Shown here: piece after piece, positions 19,987-31,500 of the stretch
How positions within the stretch are numbered: the first letter of the stretch is position 1
Layout of the letters: each line of letters opens with the position of its first letter
IMG/VR virus record: IMGVR_UViG_3300037419_001523
DNA length: 64,000 nucleotides
Direction: 5' to 3' (one strand)
Origin: an uncultured virus (IMG/VR IMGVR_UViG_3300037419_001523)
Taxonomy: Duplodnaviria; Heunggongvirae; Uroviricota; Caudoviricetes
The notes under the pieces: model-generated
Told to the model about the DNA's origin: nothing
Seen by the model: the letters and a program-made list of their open reading frames with translations, nothing else
Databases searched by the model: none
Position numbers and translations under genes: made by a program

Positions 19987-20015
19987 ATTATATCAAGTTA
20001 TTTATTTTTAGACAA
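19987..20015 (-). promoter_or_regulatory. sigA-type promoter with operator-like spacer, upstream of the nrd/thy operon
   Basis: TTGTCT-AAAAATAAATAACTTGA-TATAAT. Confidence 0.7.
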
Positions 20016-20080
20016 CAATTATTTTCAAAAAATTAAACTAAATAAAACTCGAATTTCATAATTTGTTCGTATGGTTAACA

Positions 20081-21905
20081 TCAGTTGTTTTCATCTTTGA
20101 ATAGTTCCTTCATAACATCCACTAATTTTCTATACTTTTCATTTTCTTTGTTTACGATTTCAAAGGCTTTTTCTAATCGACTTAGCTTGGAATCATCCAC
20201 ATCCCTTTCTTTGTTTTCCTCATCAACTGGCTTTAACATTAAATCATTCTTTCTCCATTCTTCTTGTTCTTCTTTTGAATCAAACATATCGGAATTGAAG
20301 TCTTCTTCATCTTCGTCATAACTGAAATTTAATCCATAATCTTCTGTAGGAGCATCAGTTTTAAAAACACTGTTAGTAACCATAGCGTTTTTCACATTAT
20401 TTCCTATTTGAAGTGCAGTTTCACCTTGTGCGGTTTGTACACTAATACCGTTAATATGAATATTTGAAATAGATACATCCATGTTTTTTAATAATTCAGC
20501 CAAGCTATTAACGGTTTTTGTTAATTCGATTGCTACTTCTAATCTTTTATCTTCATGTGTTTCAATTAAAATTTTACTTGCTTTATTTTCCATTATTTTA
20601 AATCCCCTTTTGAATTTATTTATTATATTCTTTTTCCTCAATTGCTCACAAATCTAATTCCTTAATTACCTTCTGAACCGACTTTTTATGTAAATCCTTA
20701 ACCATCTTAATGCGATTATCCAATTCATCAATGTGATCCTTATGTCCACTAAACTCTACCTTTTCCTTTTCATCCGACAATTGCAACGTCCATACATCAT
20801 TAACAAATTCGTTACACTTGAAACAAGTTCTATTTATCATCTTGTGATTCCCATTGGATATTTTCTTGTTTTACTACTTTAACAATTGTTTTCTCAATCT
20901 CATTCAGTCTGTCCAAAACATTATGTATTGTTTCTAATTTATCATCTGAAACAATTAATTCCTTCATATATTGAAATAAAGCACTTCGCAATGACAGTCC
21001 ATGAAATCCAATTATTTCCCAAGATGACTTTGTACCACCTTCTTTTTTATTCTTAATGGTCTGAAGCTGCTCCAATTGGATGTTTTGACGAGAGGAATCA
21101 AGTGTTAATTTGTGATTATCATCTAACTGCAATAACATATTCTCACCACCTAGATTTGAATGTATGGAATTTATACGTTTTAGCATCAATACTACCTTCA
21201 TTTAAATCGTATCCGAACATCTCTGCAATTTCCCAACTTAATTCATCTCTAAAATCAAGTAAATTGTCTTTTGCTTTAGTATCCTTGATGGAATCTTTGC
21301 AAATAATGGATGTTTCAAGTAAGCATAAGAGTTTATGTAACTGGTCACTATTAAGTGTTAAATTGTTTTCTTTTTTCATTTCTTCGTCAATACGAGAATA
21401 TAAATCTTCACGAAGTTCCTCTAATTCTTGTAATTTATTTTCAACCTCAGATAATTGATCTTCAAATTCCTGTAACTTATTACCCATTTTCATTCTCCTT
21501 CAATTGTTTAATTTCGTTTTCAATTTTGATTATTTGTTTATGTAAAAGGGCTTTCTTTAATTCAAGTTGTATTAATTCAGTTTTCATTGCACAATTTATC
21601 ACTTCTTTCTTATGTAAAAGGTGACTGTGTTTGGAACAATCACCTTTATTTGATAATTTAATATTAAGTTATTTTTGTTTAATTGTCAATGCTAATTTTA
21701 TAGATTATGAGAAATAAATTTCCTCTGAAACTTGCCCGATTAAATAGAATATCTGATCTAACATTTTTTCGTAAACTCGCCATGTTTCTTCTGAGATATT
21801 TTCGTTTTCCTCGATGGAGTGATATAATGTACTAACTTCTGAATCTAGCTGCTTTATGTAATCGGATAAAACGCTTCTTTTAAATTCGCTTATGGTAGGT
21901 TTCAT
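20081..21905 (-). other. Run of small hypothetical genes (20081-20641, 20646-20840, 20830-21201, 21143-21493, 21705-21905)
   Basis: Closely packed co-oriented ORFs with RBSs; no recognisable motifs. Confidence 0.6.
21661..21689 (-). promoter_or_regulatory. sigA-type promoter with operator-like spacer
   Basis: TTGACA-ATTAAACAAAAATAACT-TAATAT. Confidence 0.7.
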
Positions 21906-21920
21906 TTAGTTAACCTCCCT

Positions 21921-23524
21921 TTAAAATTTATCGAATACACATGGTTTTGCTTGAAGAATATCCTTTATGAATTCATGGGCATTTTCCTCTGTAAGATCAA
22001 TTCCCATTACAAATTCAATTTCTTCTTTAACTTCTTTCGGTATCATTGTAATCAAAGCTTTTCCATATCCTAAACTATGTATCATACTGTTGAAAATTTT
22101 AGGATGGTTTAATCTCATCCATTGCATGTAACCGAATTTCACAGGTATTGGGCATTGCATACACATCTTATCCTATATTTCTATAGGGACGGACTATATC
22201 TTCATCTCAATGAGATGCTTTGCGCTTCGAGTGGTAGTCAGTTTCCACCCTACTCCTTACGGATAGTCTCTACATCTTCCTTATAAAAGGCTTGACACGG
22301 TATTGGCATATCTTTCGACTTAGCTTTCACCGTTAGCACAACCAATGTTGCACACCTGTTGACTAAACAGTTCACAAAGTAATTCTCTAATATATCACTA
22401 TATTAGACGGCTGCTTTCCAACCTGTACGTGGTGTAAAAATGTCATAACCTAACTTTTTCAGTAAAATTGATTGTTTACGAGATACATTGAGTAATTGTT
22501 CGTTTCTTAACTTTTCAACATCAATCTGATATTCAATTAATTTTGTTTCATTCTTATGTATAATATCCTGATTGTTTTCAGGATACTTCATGATGGTATT
22601 TTTATCGTAAAGTTCATTGTAAGGAATACTTTCCTGTTTTACATAATCCCAAATATCTTCTTCCTTCATCCACATAATCGGTCTACAAGTAAATGCTTTC
22701 CATTCTGTAGAAGAATAAAAATACTCACCATCACGTAGCCCTGCACGTAAACGTTGTGTAGATTCATCTGATCTAAGTCCATTAATAACCAAATCCCAAT
22801 TATTTTCTTTAATTGAACGTTTCATTGGCTCGTGTTTCAATGTTCCACAGCATTTTTCGCTTAGTGGTTGACCATTTCTTCTGTCACCTTTTCGAGTAAA
22901 GAAATAGGATGAATCTACTCCACCATGCTTTTCAATAACTTTTTTGAGTGGAATCTTAGGTTTGCTGATAAGTAAGTTCAAATTCCAATCTTTACGTAAT
23001 TGATTAGCGTAAATACGCACCTCTGGAAACTCATTCAATGTATCGTTCCAAATCACTTGAATATCACTTGGATCACGACCTAGTTCGACTAATGCTTTTC
23101 TAGTTATGTATAAGGTTACAATAGAATCAATTCCAAATGAGCAGCTAACAACTGGATTTGTAGACCGTTTAAGTGCTTCTTTAACTAATTCAATTCCCCA
23201 TCTTTCTTTATCAGCTAAAGATGTCTTATACCATTTCCGATAATGACCATATCTGACTGAACGAATTGCCCTTGTATGTTCTTTTGAAACTTGATCCATA
23301 TATAGAGCAACAATATTTAATCCGTTCATTTCTTCATATGCTAGTTTGTCATATTGTTCATGTTCTTGTTGATAGTATTTTGATAGTTTCTTGGATTCTT
23401 CAATTATATTCGCATCGGGTACTTCTTTTTCACGTTCTCTTTTTACAATTAAGTCATGACGTTTTTTCTCTTCAAAATGAGCAGTGGCAACTTTATCATA
23501 TTCCAACATTAATTCATAACTCAT
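21921..23524 (-). CDS. PAPS/APS-reductase-family protein, spliced (exon 1 23524-22421, exon 2 22163-21921; 448 aa)
   Basis: SCSFGIDS PP-loop, KCCGTLKHEP, GLRSDES..R; removing the intron restores RTG|CMQCP. Confidence 0.88.
22164..22420 (-). ncRNA. Group I self-splicing intron without ORF (257 nt)
   Basis: P1 GGU|UG-GAAAG-CAGCC with U.G pair at the splice site; GAGACTA and AAGATATAGTCC (R/S, P7) elements; terminal G; in-frame exon rejoining. Confidence 0.92.
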
Positions 23525-23701
23525 TTCCTCACCCTTTGTTTGATTATTTTTACTAAGCGTTTTTCAAAATCTTGATTGCTTTTTTTAATTGTTCTGCAAA
23601 TTCACCATCTTCTTCTCCATCTAATTCACAGGAATAAAGCAATTGTTTTAATTCATCAATAACTAAATGCATTTTTCATTCCTCCTTTTAAAACCTGAAT
23701 T

Positions 23702-25630
23702 TTATATTTCAATCATCCAATCTCGGAATTCCATTTGTCGTTCATATCTTGCTTCAGCAACCTCTTTATCAGGAAGATACATAAAATGTTTATTCTGGAT
23801 GACTTGTCTCGTCTTGTGCAGGGTAATTAAGTTTAATTTAATTTCCACTAGATCATCAAGTGTTTTAGCACCTAATTCTTTCGCACATTGTATGTATAAC
23901 TTATTGTCGCTGTTTCGTGTTTCTGGATATTGTTCCAACACTCGCATCACTAACTTTTTTACGCTGTTTAGTTCTGAGTTTGTGTTCATATAACACCTAC
24001 TTTCCAACAATATAGTGCTTTTATTCTTCATCATCGTAAATATTAACTAATGGTTTGTCAGGATACTGTTCTTTGATTAAACTATTTATGTAATCATAGT
24101 CGTAATAACCAGCCAATTTTACCAGTTCTTCATAAGTCTTAAATCTTAAAGTGTCCCAAGAGCCTGTTTGTTTGTAATGCTCAAATACTTTTTGCTTCTC
24201 CTCTTCATTAATAATCACACCGTAACCATCTTCCATGAATCCGTCAGGTGGATATTTAAATGTTTTAACGACACTATCTAAGCAATCATCACACAAATCA
24301 AAATCCCAATGATCCATGTCAAATCTTGAACCATACCCAAATCCTAGACTAAAATTATGTATATCATTTGCAAACAAATCTTCGTCAGAATCGAACCAAT
24401 TGCCATTTTCCTTTAGTTCCCTGGATTCGCCACATTTATTACACGTGACAATCTTGGAAGTTATTACCTTTTCAACTTTCTTAACTTCTTTTTCTTCAAA
24501 ATTTTCTCTTCTCACTTACATTCCTCCTTTAAAAGAGTTGTTTTATTAGAAAAAGATTGTGAATTTCATTTTACAAACCTTGATATAACAACATTCCTAA
24601 AATTTTATTTTCACAATCTTTTTAGTTATATCAGTTTATTTACTTATCCCACAAATAATCGAACCACTCACAACATTCATTTAATTCTTCTTCACTAAGA
24701 TGAACAAATCTTGATATTTCACTTGGTTCTCCGAATAGTTCAGCACTTTCAATACAGAATTTAATTTTCTCATCTCTGGTCATTTTGTGTCGCCACCTTG
24801 TATACTATATTCAGTTTCAATAATTTCCTTAATCCGTTCCATAGCTTCATAAGGATTATTACTTTGTTCTATCGCATCAATAATCGTATCCCTGACGCCA
24901 TCATGTTCAATAACTTCTTCCCCATAGTTTTCACTAATCCAATTTTCAAAAATGCTTTGAGTATGTCTTGCTTTTTGATGGTAATTAGCTGATTTAATGA
25001 ACGCTTCTTGTATATATTTCGGGAATCTAACTTTTGTCACTTAAATCACCCTCTTTAATATTAATTATACATATTATACCAAACGTCCTTGTAGTTTGTC
25101 AGTATTAAGTTTTTTATTATTAATTTATAATAAAGCAGACTTTAAACATCTGCCTTATCATTTTCTTTAATGTATTGAATACCTTTGACTCTTCCACCAA
25201 TAGATTCTAAGAAATCAACTAATTTGTTAACATTTCCCTTTAATTCATTGACATCTAATTGACCAATATCTTCACCATCTTCTAGGAAACAATACAACTC
25301 ATCAAACTTTGTAGTTAATGCATCTAATACTTCTTCATTTGACTTTGGTTCTATGCTCATCCCCATCTGAATACCAAATAATACACCATCATCTATTGCT
25401 ATTTGCAATAAACCGTCCGTATCATCCCATGTATATGCATCCCAAAACTCATTTAATGACCTAAATCTCCCATTGTCCACTATTTGTGTTTTTAACCATT
25501 CTTCTGGTACTGTTACATAAGCACATTCTAATTTATCAAGATAGCAGTTTTCATCCCTATCTGTCCCAATCACATTATCTACATACGCTCCGAAAGTAAC
25601 TAGTTTCTCGTTTTCCATACCATGAACCAC
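23702..25630 (-). other. Small hypothetical genes (23702-24034, 24021-24515 Cys-rich, 24780-25040, 25142-25630)
   Basis: Co-oriented ORFs with RBSs; 24021-24515 has CxxC pairs. Confidence 0.6.
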
Positions 25631-25681
25631 CTTTCTTATATTATAAATATAGCATCATACATTCTTAATTGAAACAGCAAA

Positions 25682-26341
25682 TTAAGAAATTAACCTTTCT
25701 TCAGCTACACTATGATATTCTTTATTAATCTCAAAACCTATGTATCTTCTATTCATTTCTTTACATACAACTGCGGTTGTTCCTACTCCCATAAAAGGAT
25801 CAAGTATTATGTCATTTTCTTGTGTAAAATTATGTAGTATGTATTCACATGCCTCAGGGTTCATTACGGCTCTATGTATTTGTTTATAAGGGTTATTCGA
25901 ATATACATTTGTTGTAAATAAATTCTTCGTATATGTTTGATTACTTTTGATTGAAGTGTGTACATCAGATAGGATTAAAACAAATTCGTAAGCATTTGTT
26001 ACATTATGTCCTGACGCTGGCATAGGATTACTTTTATTCCAAATGAAGATGTCAATTAATTTATCTGCATACTCACCAATCAACGAGAATACATCTGTTT
26101 TGTTGTAGTAATTTTTTTGTATATTTAAGAATACATAATCCTTTGATACACGTAAACTTTCATCAATAACTTCCTTGATGAACTGTTTATATTCCACTAA
26201 GTCATCATTGTAGAAGTTGTATTTATCGTTCCTTTTTCTGTTGTATGGTGGACTTGTGAATACATTATTTACTGAATCATCTTCCAATTGTTTAAAACCA
26301 GAAAGGCAATTTATGTTGTATATTTTATTTAACTTAAGCAA
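25682..26341 (-). CDS. Site-specific DNA methyltransferase, beta class (probably N4-C)
   Basis: TSPPY catalytic motif N-terminal to LDPFMGVGTT SAM-binding motif. Confidence 0.92.
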   Translation of the reverse strand: MLKLNKIYNINCLSGFKQLEDDSVNNVFTSPPYNRKRNDKYNFYNDDLVEYKQFIKEVIDESLRVSKDYVFLNIQKNYYNKTDVFSLIGEYADKLIDIFIWNKSNPMPASGHNVTNAYEFVLILSDVHTSIKSNQTYTKNLFTTNVYSNNPYKQIHRAVMNPEACEYILHNFTQENDIILDPFMGVGTTAVVCKEMNRRYIGFEINKEYHSVAEERLIS

Positions 26342-26370
26342 AGTAAGACTCCTCCTTTTTAATTATTTTG

Positions 26371-26586
26371 TTAATTTTTCAATTGTTCTTTCAGTCTTTT
26401 AATTTCTCGATATTTATAGAAATTAGAAATATTCACCCAAATTAACATTGTAAATACTATTACCATAAATACTCCTACCCTACTTGGTTCATGATATAAC
26501 GTTGTTATTGTAGGTATTAGAAAAGACAATGCATACAAATTTAGAACACCAGTAATTATTAACCGAACAGTATTTATTATTTTCAT
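26371..26586 (-). CDS. Small two-TM membrane protein
   Basis: 71 aa with two hydrophobic helices. Confidence 0.6.
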   Translation of the reverse strand: MKIINTVRLIITGVLNLYALSFLIPTITTLYHEPSRVGVFMVIVFTMLIWVNISNFYKYREIKRLKEQLKN

Positions 26587-26626
26587 TATAAATTTCCCCT
26601 TATTAATTTATTTTCTAACGAAACAA

Positions 26627-27049
26627 TTATTTTTTCTGCAATTGTATCTTAACCGCATTCTCAAAGTCCTCTAACGCTTCTTTATTCATATATTTTTGTA
26701 GAATCCAAATTGGATATGTAATGTTATGAATGCCTGTATATTTCCCTCTATGATGTTTTTCGCATAAAGCCATCATTTGATAACGTTGATCTACATCTGT
26801 GAAATTAGGATGGTCTTGTTTTACCTTCTCCCAATCCACTTCTGAAGCTGCTGAATATTCAATAATACTATGATGAATCTCAATATTTCCTTCACACCAA
26901 CCATTGTTAATGAAACAAGGAATATTTTCTTTATGCATTTGTTCTTTAACTTGCTTAAATAAATTTGATTCAGTTCTTTCTGGATGGGCTTCATAATGTG
27001 CTAATTCATCTAATTGCTTTATTTCATCGTGTTCTGATACAGATTTCAT
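26627..27049 (-). CDS. Hypothetical protein with HNH-like metal-binding motif
   Basis: C...C..IEIHH...LCEKHH...GIH. Confidence 0.55.
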   Translation of the reverse strand: MKSVSEHDEIKQLDELAHYEAHPERTESNLFKQVKEQMHKENIPCFINNGWCEGNIEIHHSIIEYSAASEVDWEKVKQDHPNFTDVDQRYQMMALCEKHHRGKYTGIHNITYPIWILQKYMNKEALEDFENAVKIQLQKK

Positions 27050-27072
27050 CGTTAATCTCTCCTTTTATTTGT

Positions 27073-27792
27073 TTATTTATTTTTAATATGTTCAACCATT
27101 CGCATACCCAATAAAGAATAGCCAACGTCATCTTTAAATGGATTCTCTCCCATTAAATCACCGTCAGGATTTGAAAAACGTCTATTTAATTTGTCTATTT
27201 TGCGAACATCTAGTAGCATAATCTCCAATAAACTTTCAGGAATTGTATATGTATGATTTTCTTCATTATGATAATCTTTAAGCAATACTTTCATAATCTC
27301 ATATGCCTTGGAAACACTGTCTCCATATGCTTTTTGTTTTTCATCTACAAGTTTACCAACCTCTAAACCTAGTTCTGCAAAATAACCTAGTTTTTCTTGC
27401 TCCGACTCTTTCAAAATATCAAATTCCTTCACTAATTCTCTTAAAGTATGAAAACCTATTACCATATGAACTTTATTTTTAGTTTCTACTTCTGCCTGAT
27501 GGTGTAAATAATCAGTTTTAACAATTGTTACAACTTCACCAGTTGGATTATAAAACACTTCATTTCCTTTGAATATGTATTTACTTAATTCTATTTCTAA
27601 GTCAGTAAGTTTGTTTAATTCAGATTCCTTGACTGGATTAATATCTCCATTATCCAGTTCAACCGTATAATCGTAGTTAGTGGAATTTGCATGAATGCAG
27701 TAAATTGTAACCAATTCTCCAACACGATTAGGTAATCCATATTTGACATTTTCATTAAGTATTACTAATTCATTATCTTTAAATTTTTTCAT
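27073..27792 (-). CDS. SH3-like N-terminus plus DUF1599-like (nucleotide-modification-associated) C-terminal domain
   Basis: EKQKAYGDS...DKLNR...ENPFKDDVGYSLL motif. Confidence 0.6.
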   Translation of the reverse strand: MKKFKDNELVILNENVKYGLPNRVGELVTIYCIHANSTNYDYTVELDNGDINPVKESELNKLTDLEIELSKYIFKGNEVFYNPTGEVVTIVKTDYLHHQAEVETKNKVHMVIGFHTLRELVKEFDILKESEQEKLGYFAELGLEVGKLVDEKQKAYGDSVSKAYEIMKVLLKDYHNEENHTYTIPESLLEIMLLDVRKIDKLNRRFSNPDGDLMGENPFKDDVGYSLLGMRMVEHIKNK

Positions 27793-28406
27793 TAAACATT
27801 TTCCTCCTCGACCACTTTAACTAATAATTTTTGTCTTCCAAAATCTAACGCTTCATTTACAGTGTCCATATATAAATCTATATGTCCTGATTTGATGGCT
27901 GATCCTCTGTCCTCACAGGTTCTTATTCCAACTCCTTGAATATCAACCTTTGTTCCAAATTCCATTGAAGGAGGGCAAGAAATCGTTCTACCCTCTTTAA
28001 CTTTAGTACCACTTGCTGTAATTCCATATCCTTTGTCACCTTTACGTTTTTGAGTTGATTCATATCCAGCCGAATAAGCTGTAACCTCAAAAACTTTCTT
28101 CGCCTCCTTCCTTTTATCTAATTCCTTTTTTATTTGATTATTTTCCTTTTTAACCTTATCCAATTCACTGTTTAAAAGGTCTATTTTATCTTTGAGTTGT
28201 ATAAGATCAATATCCTTTCGTTCTGTCAATTCGTGCAATTTATTGTTCTCTTGTGTCAATTGATACTTTGAAAATACCAGTTTATGAATATTGTTTTCTA
28301 ATTCGTTTGTATCTACTATGTACCTCGTACCAATTGTGACATTCACTAACAGACTAGTGATCAATCCAAAGTTGATAATATCTCTTTTATTAATCATAAG
28401 CGTCAC
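27792..28406 (-). CDS. 3D-domain cell-wall protein (YorM-like)
   Basis: N-terminal anchor, coiled coil, VTAYS...TASGT...EDRGSAIK..HIDLY 3D domain. Confidence 0.88.
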   Translation of the reverse strand: MTLMINKRDIINFGLITSLLVNVTIGTRYIVDTNELENNIHKLVFSKYQLTQENNKLHELTERKDIDLIQLKDKIDLLNSELDKVKKENNQIKKELDKRKEAKKVFEVTAYSAGYESTQKRKGDKGYGITASGTKVKEGRTISCPPSMEFGTKVDIQGVGIRTCEDRGSAIKSGHIDLYMDTVNEALDFGRQKLLVKVVEEENV

Positions 28407-28456
28407 TTCCTCGTCAGGGGAAGTCCAAACACCTACCTTTCTATGTATCTAATACT

Positions 28457-28485
28457 ATTTTATATTAGTTTATTTTTGTTTGCAA
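28457..28485 (-). promoter_or_regulatory. sigA-type promoter with operator-like spacer
   Basis: TTGCAA-ACAAAAATAAACTAATA-TAAAAT. Confidence 0.65.
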
Positions 28486-28509
28486 GTATTATTTAGGAAA
28501 ATTTTTGAA

Positions 28510-31500
28510 TTAAATTTCCGTTCTTTCTGTCTGTAAAACCAAGTTACCTTCCTGATCAATTTCCTTAATTAAAGCTACAGTATGTTGATAAATGGAATTT
28601 TTATATTTCCTTGGTGCAAATTTATTTCCCCTTCTAAATCCAGTAATCAACAATTTATTTCCTCTTGTGAACCATGAAGGTTCAATGATTTCTTTCTTAT
28701 CCTTGCTAACTGGTTTAGATATTTGCTTGCTGTAGTGTGAAAACGCACCAGCATAAAACTTAACAGTGACTACACCATTTGTTGTTAGAATAGTTACTTG
28801 GTGCTTATTTTTGTCTTTATCTAACACTGTTCCAGCAATACGATTAAGTTTAAACTCTTGTCTAGGAATACCCCTTGATACATATTCATTCACTACAATA
28901 GGTTGTTCGGGTAAATCATTAAAATTGTCTAAGTTGTATTTTTCATTATCAACTGCTGCTAATTCATGATCATGATAATAAAAGGATAAGGAATCCATTT
29001 CCCACTTACTGATTGATTCATTTTCATATTCAGCAAATGCTTGTTCAAGTAAAGCATCATTTACATATTGTAATGTTTCATCTTTGCTCAACCATTCCTT
29101 TAAATCCTCCATTTTCTTATCGTATTCCTTCTTGAATTTCTTTTCAGAAATGATAATATTGCCATCATCAATTTCAACAATGCTATCTTCTGTAAAATGC
29201 TGTTCAAAAAATGGAGTTGCAACATTGTCTAATTTAAACAATTTGTCTTTTGGTTTTGCAATTGTTTTATAAACAAACTGAGAAATGTAGTTCTTATAGT
29301 TATAGAATCTAACATTTAAAGCAAATTCCTCTGGAATAAGATTATTTTCAACTAGCATTTTCATATTTTGAAAATTTAATTGTTTCTTAGGTTCATATGT
29401 GTGTTTAATAAATTGTTTCATTACTAATTTTCTTTCGCCAAATGAATCAAAACAGCCACCTTTTATTAATTGAATCATTTGTCCGTTTTTAATAATTTTG
29501 GTATCAAACATTCTTTTCAGAAAGTCATTAAATGATTTATATGGTCTATGCTCAATGATAGTATGAACTACTTCATCCCCAATACCATTCATTCCTTTAA
29601 GACCAAACGTAATTGCATCATTTTCAATATCAGGAGAGAAACCGAACTTAGCCTTATTTATATCTGGTAAAGCAATTTTGACTCCTCTTTGACGAATGTT
29701 GCCTATTGCAGATGCAACTTTACCATAGTTAGTGGCATATTGTTTCTTTGGTTTACCATCTTCATTATCATCATCTTCATCTTCTTGTGAATCAATCCCT
29801 CCACTATTAACAGTTAAACAAGCTGTATTCCAATAAAGAGGATTGTAACGATAAATTAAGTTTAATTCCTGAAGTGCAATAATTGTGTAAGCTAGTGTGT
29901 GAAGGATTGAGAAGGAATAACCTAGTTGTCGTTTAATCTGAACATTCCATACATAATCAAGTAATTGATCACTAGCACCAATTTCTTTGCCTTTCTTAAA
30001 GAATAATTCTTGAACTTCCTTTAATACGTCTGCTTTTTTCTTTGCAATGGATTTCCTTAAATAGTTGGATTCTTTAATGTCAAAATTCGATATTTTTTCA
30101 TCCATAACCATTTGCATTACTACTTCTTGCGTATCAGCAACACCGTAAATTCCCTTCAGATACTTTTCTAAGACAAGTATCTCATCTTGTGTTAGTCCAG
30201 CCTTTTTCATTTCCTCATACCACAAGGTAATATCATTCTTATATTTTACATAAGTATCTACAGGCTGTTCTTCACCATCAGACATTAAACGCATTAGGGA
30301 GTTAGTTACTGCTGCTTCAAGTAGAGATGTAGGTTTTACTTTAATAACAGACTGTAAGCCAATATCTGTTGAAAATTGGAATAAATCCATTACTTCGCCT
30401 TTACCAACCATCTCCCATAATTTAGGGTCTTCATATTCAATTACGTCAGGATGAATATATTTTTTATATGTTTCTCTTAGGCTACCTTGCCATTTAATCT
30501 CATTATGTTCTAATAATTGGTCAAGTGTAACTCTAATCTTGTCTAATCCTTCAATTGTTAGAAGATCATATTTAATATTGCCCATTGCTTCAGCATCACC
30601 CATATTAAATTGAGTGATATATGAGCCTTTAGGTGCTTTCATTAATGCGCTTGACTTGACATAATGATCATTAAATATGAATATTCCACCTGCATGACTA
30701 GAGCGTTTATTAACTAATCCTTCAATTTTTAGGGCAGTTTCTTTAAGATTAGGATACTTTTCAACCTCTCTAATAAATTCTTTGATTGCTTTCCTTTCCT
30801 TTTCTTCATTACCAAAGAAACAATCATTTAATGACCAGTTAGAACCACGTTCAAAAGGAATCATTCCACTTAGATATAAACCTGTATCACTGTCAATTCC
30901 TAAACCTCTACACGCTGTCTGTAAGGCTGATTTACTACCTTCTGTGCCAAATGTAGCAATTTGTAATACTCGATGTTCCCCGAAATGATTCTTTAATGCG
31001 TTAAGAATCTGATTCCTCTTTGCTCCTTCTGTATCAATATCAATATCTGGAAAATCTGGTCTAGATTTATGAATATGTCTCCAATGTGGAAGATTGTACT
31101 TCATTGGATTAATTTGCGTAATATCCAATAGATATGTAATTAAGAACCCTGCTGCACTACCCCTAGCTGCACCTACAAGTGAATTACCTCCACAATCATC
31201 ATCCCAAATTATATTAATGATTTCTCTTGTAGTAACATAATAAGAGGGCATTGATTGATTTAACTTTTGACTAATTTCCCAAAGTTCTCCAAGTTCTACA
31301 TCTAACCTTGTTAGTATTTGATGGAATTGTTCTTTAGTTAAATCAGGTGTTTTTAATTTTTCTTCAAATCCATCCTCCAATAGTTTGATTAAATATTGAT
31401 CTTGCTCATTATCAGAATGTGCAACCTTTTCAATGTATCCATATTGCTCATACGCAGGCTCAAACAAATGTCTAACTTTAAATTCAGGTAAATCAGTTTT

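Noticed and set aside
21921..22166. Separate 81-aa gene, or pseudogene fragment of the PAPS-reductase-like gene
   Set aside because: It is exon 2; the apparent ATG is the last three intron nucleotides and splicing restores the frame
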